The position numbers and the translations under genes are program-made. The notes below the pieces were generated by a model that worked only from the letters and a program-made list of their open reading frames with translations, was not told the DNA's origin and did not search any database. Of a stretch of 64,000 nucleotides of DNA, positions 9,074-19,566 are shown piece by piece (the first letter of the stretch is position 1; the number at the start of each line of letters is the position of its first letter). This DNA is from a virus (taxonomy: Duplodnaviria; Caudoviricetes), in the IMG/VR virus record IMGVR_UViG_3300046710_000261, positions 1 through 64,000 of that record; one strand, given 5' to 3'.

Positions 9074-9215
9074 CACCAAAATCTCCTACTTTTATTTTCC
9101 ATTCATCATCTTTTATTTTTCTAAATTGTTCTTTCAGTTTTTCCACAAAATTCTTTGCTTCCTTCGCTGACATATTTCCAACATCAATCGTGAAGACCCT
9201 TTTCCCTTTTTCCAT
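9057..9215 (-). CDS. 52-aa microprotein resembling a T4 gp20 portal fragment (not in ORF track)
   Basis: MEKGKRVFTIDVGNMSAKEAKNFVEKLKEQFRK...; TAATG overlap with upstream FkbM gene. Confidence 0.7.
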   Translation of the reverse strand: MEKGKRVFTIDVGNMSAKEAKNFVEKLKEQFRKIKDDEWKIKVGDFGDGRLQ

Positions 9216-10114
9216 TATTCCCTCTCTAACATTATACTACGCACTACTTTTGGTGATATACCACCAGCATATTTTTGTGGTATACTTGTTGATGCCCATG
9301 TTATAGCATCTTCTATTTTTATATTTATATACAGCCCCCTATTGGATGAAAAGGTCTTCTCTGGCTTATATCCAGCATCCTTAAACACTTTTGGTTGCTG
9401 GACGGCTGCACTACATACATATTTTATTTTGAAGCCAAGGCCAATCATCTTCCATAATTGTTTTGCCAAACTTCTCTCTTCTGTATAATATTTAGGATGA
9501 ACTTCCATGAGTATCTTGCAGGGGAAACTCAATTCAAATAGTTTCATTCCACCTTCCAAAACATCTACTTCAGCCCCCTCAATATCCATTTTGATAAAAT
9601 TGGGATTAGGAAATCCCCTTTCGCATATAAAATCCCAAAGAGTTTCTACATGGACATTAATCATATCTGTCATTTTATCTGTATTGGTAAAACCATTCAA
9701 ATTAGTGGCACGAGACAGATAAAATGATTGTTGGCCTGTATAACCACCGATTGCTAAATTATATGGATAAATACGAGCTTCAAAATGATTTTCTTTTATT
9801 GCCTTTATCAATAATTGATAATTTCGGGGGTCAGGCTCAATGGATAATATAGTGCCGTGCCCACCTATTGATGATATAATATCAGCCGCCGTCAATGTAT
9901 TATAACCTATATTCGCTCCTAAATCAATAATGACACCATTGATGGGCAATTCCTTTCGGAATATATACATAAATTCAGGTTCTCTTATATCTGCTGTTGC
10001 ATTTTGAGGCCACGATATAAATTCCCTGTGGATACCATCACCCTTTTTCCAAATGGCAAATTTGATGCCTTGGATTTCTTTTATCAGAATATCCTTCTCT
10101 GGTATATTATTCAT
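9215..10114 (-). CDS. FkbM-family methyltransferase
   Basis: IDLGANIGY, IEPDPRN, FIKMDIEGAE. Confidence 0.9.
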   Translation of the reverse strand: MNNIPEKDILIKEIQGIKFAIWKKGDGIHREFISWPQNATADIREPEFMYIFRKELPINGVIIDLGANIGYNTLTAADIISSIGGHGTILSIEPDPRNYQLLIKAIKENHFEARIYPYNLAIGGYTGQQSFYLSRATNLNGFTNTDKMTDMINVHVETLWDFICERGFPNPNFIKMDIEGAEVDVLEGGMKLFELSFPCKILMEVHPKYYTEERSLAKQLWKMIGLGFKIKYVCSAAVQQPKVFKDAGYKPEKTFSSNRGLYINIKIEDAITWASTSIPQKYAGGISPKVVRSIMLERE

Positions 10115-10514
10115 CGTCTAATCCAAAATCTTTAAAATTTAATTCTCTGGTCACGAGCAATAACCAATCTATTTGTTCTGGTTGTAATGTCCTGTCGTCC
10201 ACCATAAAATCATATAAAGGTTTGCCCAATGATAGGCCATGAAATTTACATCCCCATTCATTCAGTTGATCGTATGTTATTTTGAACCAATCCTTTCCTG
10301 TTGTTGATCCTCGCGCTGTATAATAATGAATATAGTGCCCCATATCATAGAGATGATTTACTTTGCTTATCATCTCACTTATAGGAACAGATTCTTCATA
10401 ATCTTTCCCCTCTGGCCTATTGCATATCGTCCCATCAATATCAAAATACAAAGTCATTTGTCTGAATATCTTTTTCTTATTTTTTACTTTCCATTCATTG
10501 TAGTCAGTTATCAT
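10107..10514 (-). CDS. HAD-superfamily capsule-biosynthesis phosphatase
   Basis: FDIDGTI, YTARG, GKP..D..VDD. Confidence 0.85.
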   Translation of the reverse strand: MITDYNEWKVKNKKKIFRQMTLYFDIDGTICNRPEGKDYEESVPISEMISKVNHLYDMGHYIHYYTARGSTTGKDWFKITYDQLNEWGCKFHGLSLGKPLYDFMVDDRTLQPEQIDWLLLVTRELNFKDFGLDDE

Positions 10515-10770
10515 TAATTTATCTCCGATACATCATCGTGTAGCCATAATATTTGATAATCATGAATATCTGGATTATCTGCAAAATCTTCTCGCTCCAT
10601 GACACTAACTAATTCTCCTTCCTTGTCTTGATACTTGTGAACAAGATACCAATGATCTTCATATTTGAGTGCTACACCTTCATTCATTCGTAAAAGCATA
10701 TGGAGTGCTTTTGCAAATAATGAACATCTAATTTCCGCATCGTCTAATATTTTCATTATATTTCTTCCTT

Positions 10771-11073
10771 CTATATATCAATATTATATTTCTTCTTTAC
10801 ATAATCCCTAACATACATATCAGCAATTCCTTCTTCGGTCAGTGGATAATTTATTCGTATATATTCTTCCCTTTTTGGTGGTTTTGGTTTTTCTTTTATT
10901 ACTGGCTTAAAATATCCCCACATCACCCCTAAATTCAAAAGGCTCCTCAAATCTTTTCGTGCGTCATTGACTTCTTGTGCTTTTCTTCCAGCATCGGCTA
11001 ATTTAGGATTTATATCAGGATGAACCTTTTTTATCAAAATTTTATAAATCTCTTCAGGGTCAAGGGTTTTCAT
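10771..11073 (-). CDS. J-domain (DnaJ-like) protein
   Basis: YKILIKKVHPD ... QEVNDA. Confidence 0.65.
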   Translation of the reverse strand: MKTLDPEEIYKILIKKVHPDINPKLADAGRKAQEVNDARKDLRSLLNLGVMWGYFKPVIKEKPKPPKREEYIRINYPLTEEGIADMYVRDYVKKKYNIDI

Positions 11074-11898
11074 TTATCGTCTCAATTTCTTTTTGATGGG
11101 AATTTCACCTGGAAACACAGCCCACAAACCATTACCCATTCCTTCTTCAATACTGCGAATATATTTACCAAGTCTGATTATACCTTCAGGCTCAATACTT
11201 GATGCCTGATCACTACCGTATATTGACCTATCTAAAGTCACATGGAGTTCGATCATCTCTGCTCCCAATGCTCCTGCAACAGCACAAAACATAATACCTG
11301 GATTATGGTTGCTGAATCCAATTTTATATTTTCTATACTCTTCTTTCAATGTCTTGATGAAATTCATATTCATTTCTATTGTTGGGGTTGGATATGTGCT
11401 GGTACAGGCAAGGATATATTCTATTTGATCACCAAGATAGATAACACAATTATCAACCTCTTTCTTGGTTGACATGCCCGTGGATATAATAACAGGTTTT
11501 CCTGTTTGTTTTATTGCTTCAAGCAATTTCATATCTGTAATAAGCGGGGAAGGGATTTTGATAAAAGGTATATCATATTTTGCTAGAAATTCTACTGACC
11601 ACGGCCCCCATACACTGGCGAACCATTGTATCCCATATCCTATACAATAATCATCAATCTCATCATACTCCAATTCACCAAATTCCAAACCCTGTTTTTG
11701 ATCACCGAATGTTTTACCCCACGGTGATTCTCTTGGAGCAACCAATTCACAATCTGAATATGTCTCTTCGATCATTCTCTTCTGAAACTTTACATATTGA
11801 AATCCTGCAAATGAAGCAATGCTGATAAGTTTCTTGGCTATATTCAAATCACCATTATGGTTTATACCTATTTCTGCAACAAGTTTTATGTCGTTCAT
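11074..11898 (-). CDS. neuB: NeuB-family nonulosonic acid synthase (no SAF domain)
   Basis: AEIGINHNG, VKFQKR, STGMS, CTSTYP, GSDQASSIEP. Confidence 0.9.
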   Translation of the reverse strand: MNDIKLVAEIGINHNGDLNIAKKLISIASFAGFQYVKFQKRMIEETYSDCELVAPRESPWGKTFGDQKQGLEFGELEYDEIDDYCIGYGIQWFASVWGPWSVEFLAKYDIPFIKIPSPLITDMKLLEAIKQTGKPVIISTGMSTKKEVDNCVIYLGDQIEYILACTSTYPTPTIEMNMNFIKTLKEEYRKYKIGFSNHNPGIMFCAVAGALGAEMIELHVTLDRSIYGSDQASSIEPEGIIRLGKYIRSIEEGMGNGLWAVFPGEIPIKKKLRR

Positions 11899-13025
11899 TT
11901 CTTCTCCATATACTTCTTTACTATCTTCACAACCTTCTCTCTATCCTTCTCTGATATTTCAGGATATGATGGAAGCATAAAGCATTCCTTGCTTAACAAT
12001 TCTGCTATGTCTGTCTTGGTATTCATGCCGATATATTTTTGAAGATATTTGTGGTGAGTAATAGGATAAAATATAGGTCGGGTCTCCACACCGCCATCAT
12101 TGAAAAATTGTTCCACCTGCTCATAATTCTTATTGCCTGGAACCCTGATTGCAAACATCCAGTTAGAGTTATCGCATTTATCGTCTATTTCCTGACACCT
12201 TATTCTGCCATTGTCAATGTATTCTGCTAATTCAGTAACATAATACTTATACAATTTTATCTTCTTGGTCATAATAACTTTGGCGCATTGTAACTGGCCT
12301 AAAAGCAATCCCGCTTGCACGTTTGTCATTCGATAATTGTACCCCATATAGTCGTGGACATATCTCTTTTTGGCCTGACCTTGATTGTGTAGAATATTAA
12401 TATAAGCATATAATTCATTATCGTCAGTAATAAATGCCCCGCCTTCACCTGCCGTAAGTGTTTTATTTCCAAAGAATGATAATCCAGCACATAATGATTT
12501 TGTTCCTGTGTATTCACCTTCATGCACCCCGAACAATCCTTCACAATTATCTTCCACTATAACCATATTCGGCCTCTTTCTTTTGAGCAGGGGAATGTTT
12601 ACTATGGAACTCACATTATGGACAACCAATAATGCCCAGTGGTCTATGTTCAACTTATAATTGGATATGAACAAATCAAATTCATTATAATCCATCTGCC
12701 ATGTGTTTATGTCTGCATCAAAAGGCAATAGATAATAAAAATCTTTATCATAAAGAAATGGATTATATGCTCCTACATATACATTATTAGGGCAGACGAT
12801 ACCTTTTATATTTGGATGTTTGTATTGCAGGGCTTTTGCTACAAGATGCATTGCGGTAGTTCCACTTGAAGTAAGCAGGACATGTTTATATCCAAACATT
12901 TCTCGCAATCTCTTTTCTGCTATCTCAATATATATTCCTTTGCTGCTTACCCATCCCGAAGATAAAGCATCACGGGCGAATTTCAATGAAAGTGTTGTAA
13001 TAAACGGTTTGTATATTGGCACCAT
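11895..13025 (-). CDS. DegT/DnrJ/EryC1 aminotransferase (perosamine synthase-like)
   Basis: SGWVSSKG, SSGTTA, VEDNCE, SFFGNKTLTAGEGG, GYNYRMTN. Confidence 0.9.
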   Translation of the reverse strand: MVPIYKPFITTLSLKFARDALSSGWVSSKGIYIEIAEKRLREMFGYKHVLLTSSGTTAMHLVAKALQYKHPNIKGIVCPNNVYVGAYNPFLYDKDFYYLLPFDADINTWQMDYNEFDLFISNYKLNIDHWALLVVHNVSSIVNIPLLKRKRPNMVIVEDNCEGLFGVHEGEYTGTKSLCAGLSFFGNKTLTAGEGGAFITDDNELYAYINILHNQGQAKKRYVHDYMGYNYRMTNVQAGLLLGQLQCAKVIMTKKIKLYKYYVTELAEYIDNGRIRCQEIDDKCDNSNWMFAIRVPGNKNYEQVEQFFNDGGVETRPIFYPITHHKYLQKYIGMNTKTDIAELLSKECFMLPSYPEISEKDREKVVKIVKKYMEKK

Positions 13026-13028
13026 ATT

Positions 13029-14897
13029 TCACCTCTTCAATGATCTTAATTTTGCAAGAAAGAATTTTGCAGTTTGGGTCACGAATTGACCATCTTTATC
13101 ATATGTTTCACCATACAAATAAGTTTCAACGTTTCTTAATTTTCCCCCATCACCCTTCAATACAATTGTATTGCCCACGGCCATTGCCAAACAAAAATTC
13201 CCTGCATCACCGATTGCAATGGTTGCCTTGGCTTTTCGCATTATGGAACAATCATTCTTTATCTGTGTGAGGCTGGGTGATTGTATTTTATTTAGGGGAA
13301 GTGTTCTATCATCAAATATCTTTATGTTTTTGCTTAAAATATCATATAGGCATTTATATTTTTCTGTGGGAACGGGCAATCTTTTTTCCCCCATTAAAAT
13401 TATCTTATATTGTGCAGACAGATCATTGATTATTTGAAAAAAGGTTGTTGATATTTTATGAAATTCATCAATAACATTTTTCTGCCTTGCTTTCGTTGTT
13501 ATCACTATATAGTCGCCTTCAGGTACAGGAACATTATCATCACACAAATATTTTTCCAGGTGTGGTGTGGCTGGTGTCAATCCATCATTATCCATGAATG
13601 TCAATACAGTTCTTTGCGGATAGGTCTGATCTTCTGTTATGACATAAGGATCACCTTGATATAGCAGGGTCATATAATCCAACATAAATCTTTTTCTATT
13701 TTCATATTCTGATCCTGCGTTTCCTTTCATCCATTCCAAATTGGGCGATAGATATATTTTATCAAATTCATTCTTGTGAAAATCCAATTGAGCCTTGACA
13801 TATATATGATCACCAATGCCTGTGTTTATTTTTCCTTTGAGAATGCGATTGCCTGTTTTGGATATAGGATCAATATTGATTTGGGGAATTTCAATGCTCT
13901 TTGCTATTTGAACAAATTTGTTTATGTCCTCTGTTACAAGATTGCTATTATCACCAAACATTTTTGTGGTGAAATCCACTTTCTCTCTTGGATAAAAATC
14001 CTTGATCATATTTTTATCCCGTAAAGCAAGAGGGATGCCGACAGCATTTGCTATAACCCAATTACCACCGATGCCCACACAAAATATTCTTTCGGCTCTA
14101 TTCATTATGGTGCAGTCTTCTCTGAATTTTTTTATATTGGGACTTTTGAAACCCAATTTATCATAAGTCAAATCTATAATCCTATCTTTCGGGATGCTGG
14201 AAACAATATCTTTATATATGGAATATATCGCGTTCCCTGGCTGAATTGAATATTCTTTATTCATTTCTATTTCTTTTTCACCCATCAAAACTATCTTGTA
14301 TTTCTCACTTAATTCTTTCCATAGAATTTTTAATGCTTTATTATATTCATCATAAAGTGATTTCCTATATGATCTGACCTTCGTGGTAATAATAACAAAT
14401 TTACCATCTATCTGTATGGGCATTTCTTGATTGCATAGCAATCTGGCGAATACATTTTTGGTTGGTGTTACGGCAGGTAAACCATCATCCAAATCAAGAT
14501 GTGTATAATCTTTTTTTGGATATGATTGATCATCCGTTATAATATAAGGTGGTTCACTAAAAAGTGCTTTCATCAACTCTCTTACAAATTCTTTATATCC
14601 ACTATCATCATTGCGAAATTTCTTTACCAAATCCCAATTGGGTGATATATATATTTTATCAAATCTTCCTTTGACTGCGTCTAATTGGGCCTTGATTATA
14701 AGAATTGATCCTATACCTAAATTTATACAGGCTTGTAGTATTCTGCCATTAATAGCAGGGGGAAAGGGGGGTGGTTCTCTATGCATCTTGGGAACAAGAT
14801 TTAATGGTGGCCTTATTGTTGGTTTTTGTGGTATAGGTGTTGCCTTTTTGGGATTATGTCTAAGATTATATACAGGAGGATTTACAGGTTTTCCCAT
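13029..14897 (-). CDS. internally duplicated GT9-like glycosyltransferase with Pro-rich N-terminus
   Basis: Two repeats beginning RIL...GIG(S/D)...KAQLD...FDKIY.SPN; AKATIAIGDAG. Confidence 0.55.
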   Translation of the reverse strand: MGKPVNPPVYNLRHNPKKATPIPQKPTIRPPLNLVPKMHREPPPFPPAINGRILQACINLGIGSILIIKAQLDAVKGRFDKIYISPNWDLVKKFRNDDSGYKEFVRELMKALFSEPPYIITDDQSYPKKDYTHLDLDDGLPAVTPTKNVFARLLCNQEMPIQIDGKFVIITTKVRSYRKSLYDEYNKALKILWKELSEKYKIVLMGEKEIEMNKEYSIQPGNAIYSIYKDIVSSIPKDRIIDLTYDKLGFKSPNIKKFREDCTIMNRAERIFCVGIGGNWVIANAVGIPLALRDKNMIKDFYPREKVDFTTKMFGDNSNLVTEDINKFVQIAKSIEIPQINIDPISKTGNRILKGKINTGIGDHIYVKAQLDFHKNEFDKIYLSPNLEWMKGNAGSEYENRKRFMLDYMTLLYQGDPYVITEDQTYPQRTVLTFMDNDGLTPATPHLEKYLCDDNVPVPEGDYIVITTKARQKNVIDEFHKISTTFFQIINDLSAQYKIILMGEKRLPVPTEKYKCLYDILSKNIKIFDDRTLPLNKIQSPSLTQIKNDCSIMRKAKATIAIGDAGNFCLAMAVGNTIVLKGDGGKLRNVETYLYGETYDKDGQFVTQTAKFFLAKLRSLKR

Positions 14898-14909
14898 TTC
14901 AACTCCGAT

Positions 14910-15206
14910 TTAATATGTCTTGAATTTTTTCTGCATGAATTTTTGTAGGTCTAAACCTGTAGATGCATCGGTAGCAATCTTAATAACCAATTCATCTATT
15001 TCATCTATAAGCTGGCTTCGCTGATAATTCAACTCGCAGGATTTTTTGAATATATCAAATATAGTTTTTAATCCTTCTTCAGTACCATATTTGCTTTTAA
15101 ATTCATCAAAAGACATTCTTCTGGTCTCATATAGAACTTCTTGGGCATTGAACATCTTTTGATTTACGATTGATAATTTATCTACCAAGGCACCGAGAGT
15201 ATCCAT
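14910..15206 (-). CDS. DUF4254-like helical protein
   Basis: TLGALVDKLSI.N.K ... LN.QRSQLIDEID. Confidence 0.5.
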   Translation of the reverse strand: MDTLGALVDKLSIVNQKMFNAQEVLYETRRMSFDEFKSKYGTEEGLKTIFDIFKKSCELNYQRSQLIDEIDELVIKIATDASTGLDLQKFMQKKFKTY

Positions 15207-15483
15207 TACTTCAGTCCCCTCTTCTTCATCATTTCCATCATTTTCAATTTTTGTAATACAGCTTCGGCAACTGGACCTTCAAGCACCCATCTCTCACCTT
15301 CGCGTTCCTGGAATGCTATCACTTCATATGTCAGCCTTTCTTTGTTCATATAGCAATCACTCTTAGCGGTTAAAAGTTCTGTTCCCCATGCTCTATTGAC
15401 TTTAAGTTTATCATTTTTCTTCACATCTTTAATATGAGCAGGAACCCATTTTTCATTAATCTGTTTTTCCATACTTATGTAAT

Positions 15484-15936
15484 TCATACATCTTTCTCCT
15501 TCAAATATTTTATTGCTTTTTGTAGTATGTTTATATCATCCTTAAACAAACCAATCCCTTTATTACAATTACCGCAAAGCAAGCCTCGATTTCTATTTGT
15601 TAGATGGTCATGATCCACATCCAACATTCTTTTAGAACTATTACCACAAATAGCACACACACCATTTTGGTTTTCAACCATCCTATTATAATCCTCAATA
15701 GTGATACCATATTTACTAAATCTATGCTTCAACTCGCTTGTTTTGTTTTGTTCTGGATGATTTTTTCTATATTTTTCACATCTTTCCCTATGTTTGTTTG
15801 GGAATTTCTTATTCCAATTTTTACAGCTTTCGTTAGTACATTTCTTACACCAGCAAGAATATCCGTCTTTCATATCTTTTCTTTTATAAAACTCATCATA
15901 GGATTTTACTTGCTTACATTTCGGGCATCGTTTCAT
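15484..15936 (-). CDS. endonuclease VII-type HNH homing endonuclease
   Basis: CxxC zinc finger, YGITIEDY..QNGVCAIC, VDHDH..RGLLC..CN. Confidence 0.9.
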   Translation of the reverse strand: MKRCPKCKQVKSYDEFYKRKDMKDGYSCWCKKCTNESCKNWNKKFPNKHRERCEKYRKNHPEQNKTSELKHRFSKYGITIEDYNRMVENQNGVCAICGNSSKRMLDVDHDHLTNRNRGLLCGNCNKGIGLFKDDINILQKAIKYLKEKDV

Positions 15937-16214
15937 TTCTTTTTATCACCACATGATACATCATAGCAATCTAAAGCAGAGTCGGCATCCCTTGTGTACT
16001 TAACTATATCATTCAAATCATTTAAGAGTATATAGATATTTGCTTGATCATTCCATGGTTTTGTATTATCCAATTTCATGATCTCTGGTTTCACAGGTCG
16101 AGGGCACTCCACTTTTGGGCATGGAATAACTACGGGTGGAGGAATTGGCGGTATAGTCGCGCAACTACTTAGACTGAAACAAGTCAAGAATGCTATTATA
16201 TATGTCAATTTCAT
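15933..16214 (-). CDS. o-spanin (Rz1-like lipoprotein)
   Basis: Lipobox LSSC, Pro-rich, overlaps the 3' end of the i-spanin. Confidence 0.7.
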   Translation of the reverse strand: MKLTYIIAFLTCFSLSSCATIPPIPPPVVIPCPKVECPRPVKPEIMKLDNTKPWNDQANIYILLNDLNDIVKYTRDADSALDCYDVSCGDKKK

Positions 16215-16677
16215 TTTTATCTTCCTCCGTTGCTGGTTTTGTTTCTGTTGCTGGTTTATCTGGTGATGGTTTCACCTCTTCGATTTTATCTTTAACTTCT
16301 ATTGATGTTGGTGGTTTAATTACTTCATCATGACTTTGTGGATGAGTTGGTGGTGCTTCACCTGGACAAGTTTTTAGCAAGCCGTCAATTCTCTTTTTCA
16401 TGTTATTATAATCCGTTGTAGACTTCTGGCATTGCTTCACTTGATTGCTCAAACCAGTCACGTTATTTTGACTATTTGCTAATTGTCCTTTTAATCCTGC
16501 AACTTCAGCATTCAATCCCTGTATCTGTGCATTCAACTGGACAACTTGTGCTTTACATGTAGTCAATTCTGCTTTCTTGATTGTAAGATTAATAAACAAA
16601 TAACCTATGATAAGCGCGGCCAGAATTGATACAATAACCACAGGCTTCTTTAAAATTGACAATAAAAAGATGGGCAT
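16165..16677 (-). CDS. i-spanin (Rz-like)
   Basis: N-terminal TM plus long coiled coil. Confidence 0.7.
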   Translation of the reverse strand: MPIFLLSILKKPVVIVSILAALIIGYLFINLTIKKAELTTCKAQVVQLNAQIQGLNAEVAGLKGQLANSQNNVTGLSNQVKQCQKSTTDYNNMKKRIDGLLKTCPGEAPPTHPQSHDEVIKPPTSIEVKDKIEEVKPSPDKPATETKPATEEDKNEIDIYNSILDLFQSK

Positions 16678-16735
16678 AATTTACTCCTATAATTTTATTT
16701 ACTACGTTATAAATTATCGTATAATCAATACTCTA

Positions 16736-17275
16736 CTATTTATTCTTTATTTTTATCCATTCGAATGGATCGTCTAATTTATTATCTAAATTTCTTTCTC
16801 TCTTCACAATCTGTCGAGTATAAATATCGAATTTTATTTTTTCCATCGGTTTAACAATTGTCATCGGTATATATGGAGAATAAACAATACCATTTTGAAT
16901 TTCATCTTCAACCAGTTCTTTCGGGAAGGCTCCACGTTTTAGTAATTCAGTATATTCACATTTTGGTTGATGAATATCATCAATCATGCATGCAATTCGA
17001 TTATTTAAATTTATTTTTTCAATTTTAAGTTCTTCATTTTCTGCTTTCAATTTTCCCATTGCCTCATCCATATTCCAATACATATGATCTGATCCACACA
17101 TTATTGCATTAGCAAACCATCCGATCATAAGACCTTCATCAATATCTTCTTTTCGGTCTTTGAATATTCTTATAAATTCCTGTGCCCATACTCTGGCATC
17201 CATTGTCTGGAGTAATTCCGATGCAGTCATTATTTTATCTGTCTTCATTGCTTTCATTCCCTGTTGGTATTTCAT
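16736..17275 (-). CDS. hypothetical protein with gp23-like GIVYSPYIPM motif
   Basis: ORF; motif resembles the MCP G.[YF]Y.PY[VI]P[LM] strand; true start may be downstream. Confidence 0.55.
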   Translation of the reverse strand: MKYQQGMKAMKTDKIMTASELLQTMDARVWAQEFIRIFKDRKEDIDEGLMIGWFANAIMCGSDHMYWNMDEAMGKLKAENEELKIEKINLNNRIACMIDDIHQPKCEYTELLKRGAFPKELVEDEIQNGIVYSPYIPMTIVKPMEKIKFDIYTRQIVKRERNLDNKLDDPFEWIKIKNK

Positions 17276-17991
17276 TCAATATTCGTTCTATCACTTCGCT
17301 TGCTATGCGTTTTTGCCTCCAGTGACCTGCTTCTGCTATTTGTTCTCTCCTTTCAATTTCCTCCGTGCTCATTCCATACCAATTATCACCATATTTACAT
17401 TGCATATCTCGCGCCCATTCTATTATTTGTGATAATGCCATGAGTGCCCCAAACTGATACTCTGCATTTCTTCCGTCACGCATTTTTATCCTTGCATCGT
17501 GGTCATACTCTTTTTTCAATTCCTTTATTTTATCCAATATACATAACATATTATTTTCCTCCGTGGTATTTTCTCTCTCTTATTTTTTTAGGTTTTTGTT
17601 TTTTTGGTTGAGGCTTTGCTTCTACAATATTCTCTTCAACCTCATTCACCTGGATTGTCGGTACTAAATCTACCATCATTTTATTTTTTATTTCTGGCGT
17701 TAACTTGCTTTTAAATTTATCCATACTGTCTAACAGCCCTGCTAATTTGAACATCACTTCTTTAGAGCATGCATTCCAGCCATTTCTCTTTTCATAATCA
17801 CGCTCATCACCAAATCCACGGACAGCAGCAGGATATACATTTAAGCCGTCGGTTACTTCATCAATCACTTTATATACTCTATCATATTCTTTCAGTATAT
17901 CATTATCTGCCAATTCTTTTATACCACAATCCCTGCCCCATTCTGTTGCACAGTTTTCATCTTTTGTTCTAAACCATTTTAATATGCTCAT

Positions 17992-18183
17992 TTATTCCTC
18001 CATTGTAAATACATCTTTGGATATTTCAAATTTATGTTCGGGTTTACATTCATAATGTACGCATGGACGATTATCCACAAACATCCCTTCAAAACAATAA
18101 TGTTCCTGGGGGTGGGCTTTAATACAATACCATAATTGAGTAGCAAAAGTATTTTTTCTTTCTATATGAATACAATCTTTCAT
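17992..18183 (-). CDS. Cys-rich microprotein with C-terminal tag (type B)
   Basis: MKDCIHI..WYC..YCFEG; ends FEISKDVFTMEE. Confidence 0.7.
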   Translation of the reverse strand: MKDCIHIERKNTFATQLWYCIKAHPQEHYCFEGMFVDNRPCVHYECKPEHKFEISKDVFTMEE

Positions 18184-18466
18184 ATCTCAAATCCTATTCC
18201 ACAATTTCAAATACATGCCAAACCAATCTTTCCTGAATTGTTCCTATATACTCCATCGGATTATCTGGTATCGGATTTCCTGTTCCAAACATTGCGATTG
18301 TTCTATCTTCTTTTGGTGCACTCTCATTACATAAGAACCAAAGTGTTGGAGCACCATATTGCATTTGTACTGTAAGGAATTTTGCTCCCACAGGCACTCT
18401 CGCCGTTTGACGATCAAAAATATTTAAAACACATTTCCATATCACCATTTTATTCTCCATCTATTA

Positions 18467-18970
18467 TCAAACTTCACTCCAAATAGTACCAGCCACGACC
18501 TTGGTTGTCATTTTCATTTCTTTCAATGCTGTTGAAACTGATTCCCATCCATAATCATGGCCACACAATAATTTTTTACAAATAGGTTTCCATGCCTGTG
18601 TATCCGCTTTCATCGCTTCGGTTTCATGACAGCCATCAATGAATATCATATCAATGGATTTCTCTCTAAAAAATTTCGATGCTTGTATGCTGTCCATTCT
18701 TATAATACATAAATTAGGAAAATGTCCCACATTCTTCCAGAATTGATTTGATACATCGGTTTCTTTCGATATGGTTTTTGTAAATGAATCACCCGTGAAA
18801 TGATCCACTGCAAATACAGGCCCAGTGCATCCTGACAGTAAAGCATGGGTCGATCTTCCTTTCCAACTTCCAATCTCTAATATAGAGTTCATTGTTTTAG
18901 ATGTTTCATAAAGCCAATCCAATTCTACATCTAACATCCATCCTTTAATATCTGGAATCTTGTATTTCAA
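18467..18970 (-). CDS. class I SAM methyltransferase (Methyltransf_24-like)
   Basis: LEIGSWKGRST, IFIDGCH, CGHDY. Confidence 0.85.
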   Translation of the reverse strand: MKYKIPDIKGWMLDVELDWLYETSKTMNSILEIGSWKGRSTHALLSGCTGPVFAVDHFTGDSFTKTISKETDVSNQFWKNVGHFPNLCIIRMDSIQASKFFREKSIDMIFIDGCHETEAMKADTQAWKPICKKLLCGHDYGWESVSTALKEMKMTTKVVAGTIWSEV

Positions 18971-19566
18971 TTTTATTCTCCATCATATTTTGAGCAATTC
19001 GCCTATTAGGAAAGGATCGTCTGTGGTCTCTTCCTGATCCATATCAAGAAGGCCATACTCTTTCATCCATCCACCATAACAACCATACTTTCCACCATAA
19101 TTTCCCGTATCAGATTTCCTTGGAATGTATTCATGACCATCACACCATCCTGCTAAAATTATTTCACGATTTTCTTTTATAACATGTCCACACCATGATG
19201 TTGCTTCTTTATGACACATGATACAATTTTTTGTCTCAAATTTCATCCTCTCATCGTCATCATTATTATAATCCATTCTATTTCCCCCAAATTTTCTTAT
19301 CCAATTCTATTAATTCTTTTTTGGTTCGTCCACACTTACCACATCCCGATTCGGGCCACTTGTCTTGATCTTCATATCCAATCATATGTTTACATTCATC
19401 ACAATCAATTACTTTTTCTCTCTTCATTTATTCTCCATTTAGCAATAATAAAGAACATATGACCATGAAATAGCCATACCAAGAAGGCCAATAGGCCAGT
19501 GTTCTATATTGGAAATTGAATACAATACTACTGAAATTGGTATCAATTCTAACAAATATAATTTTA

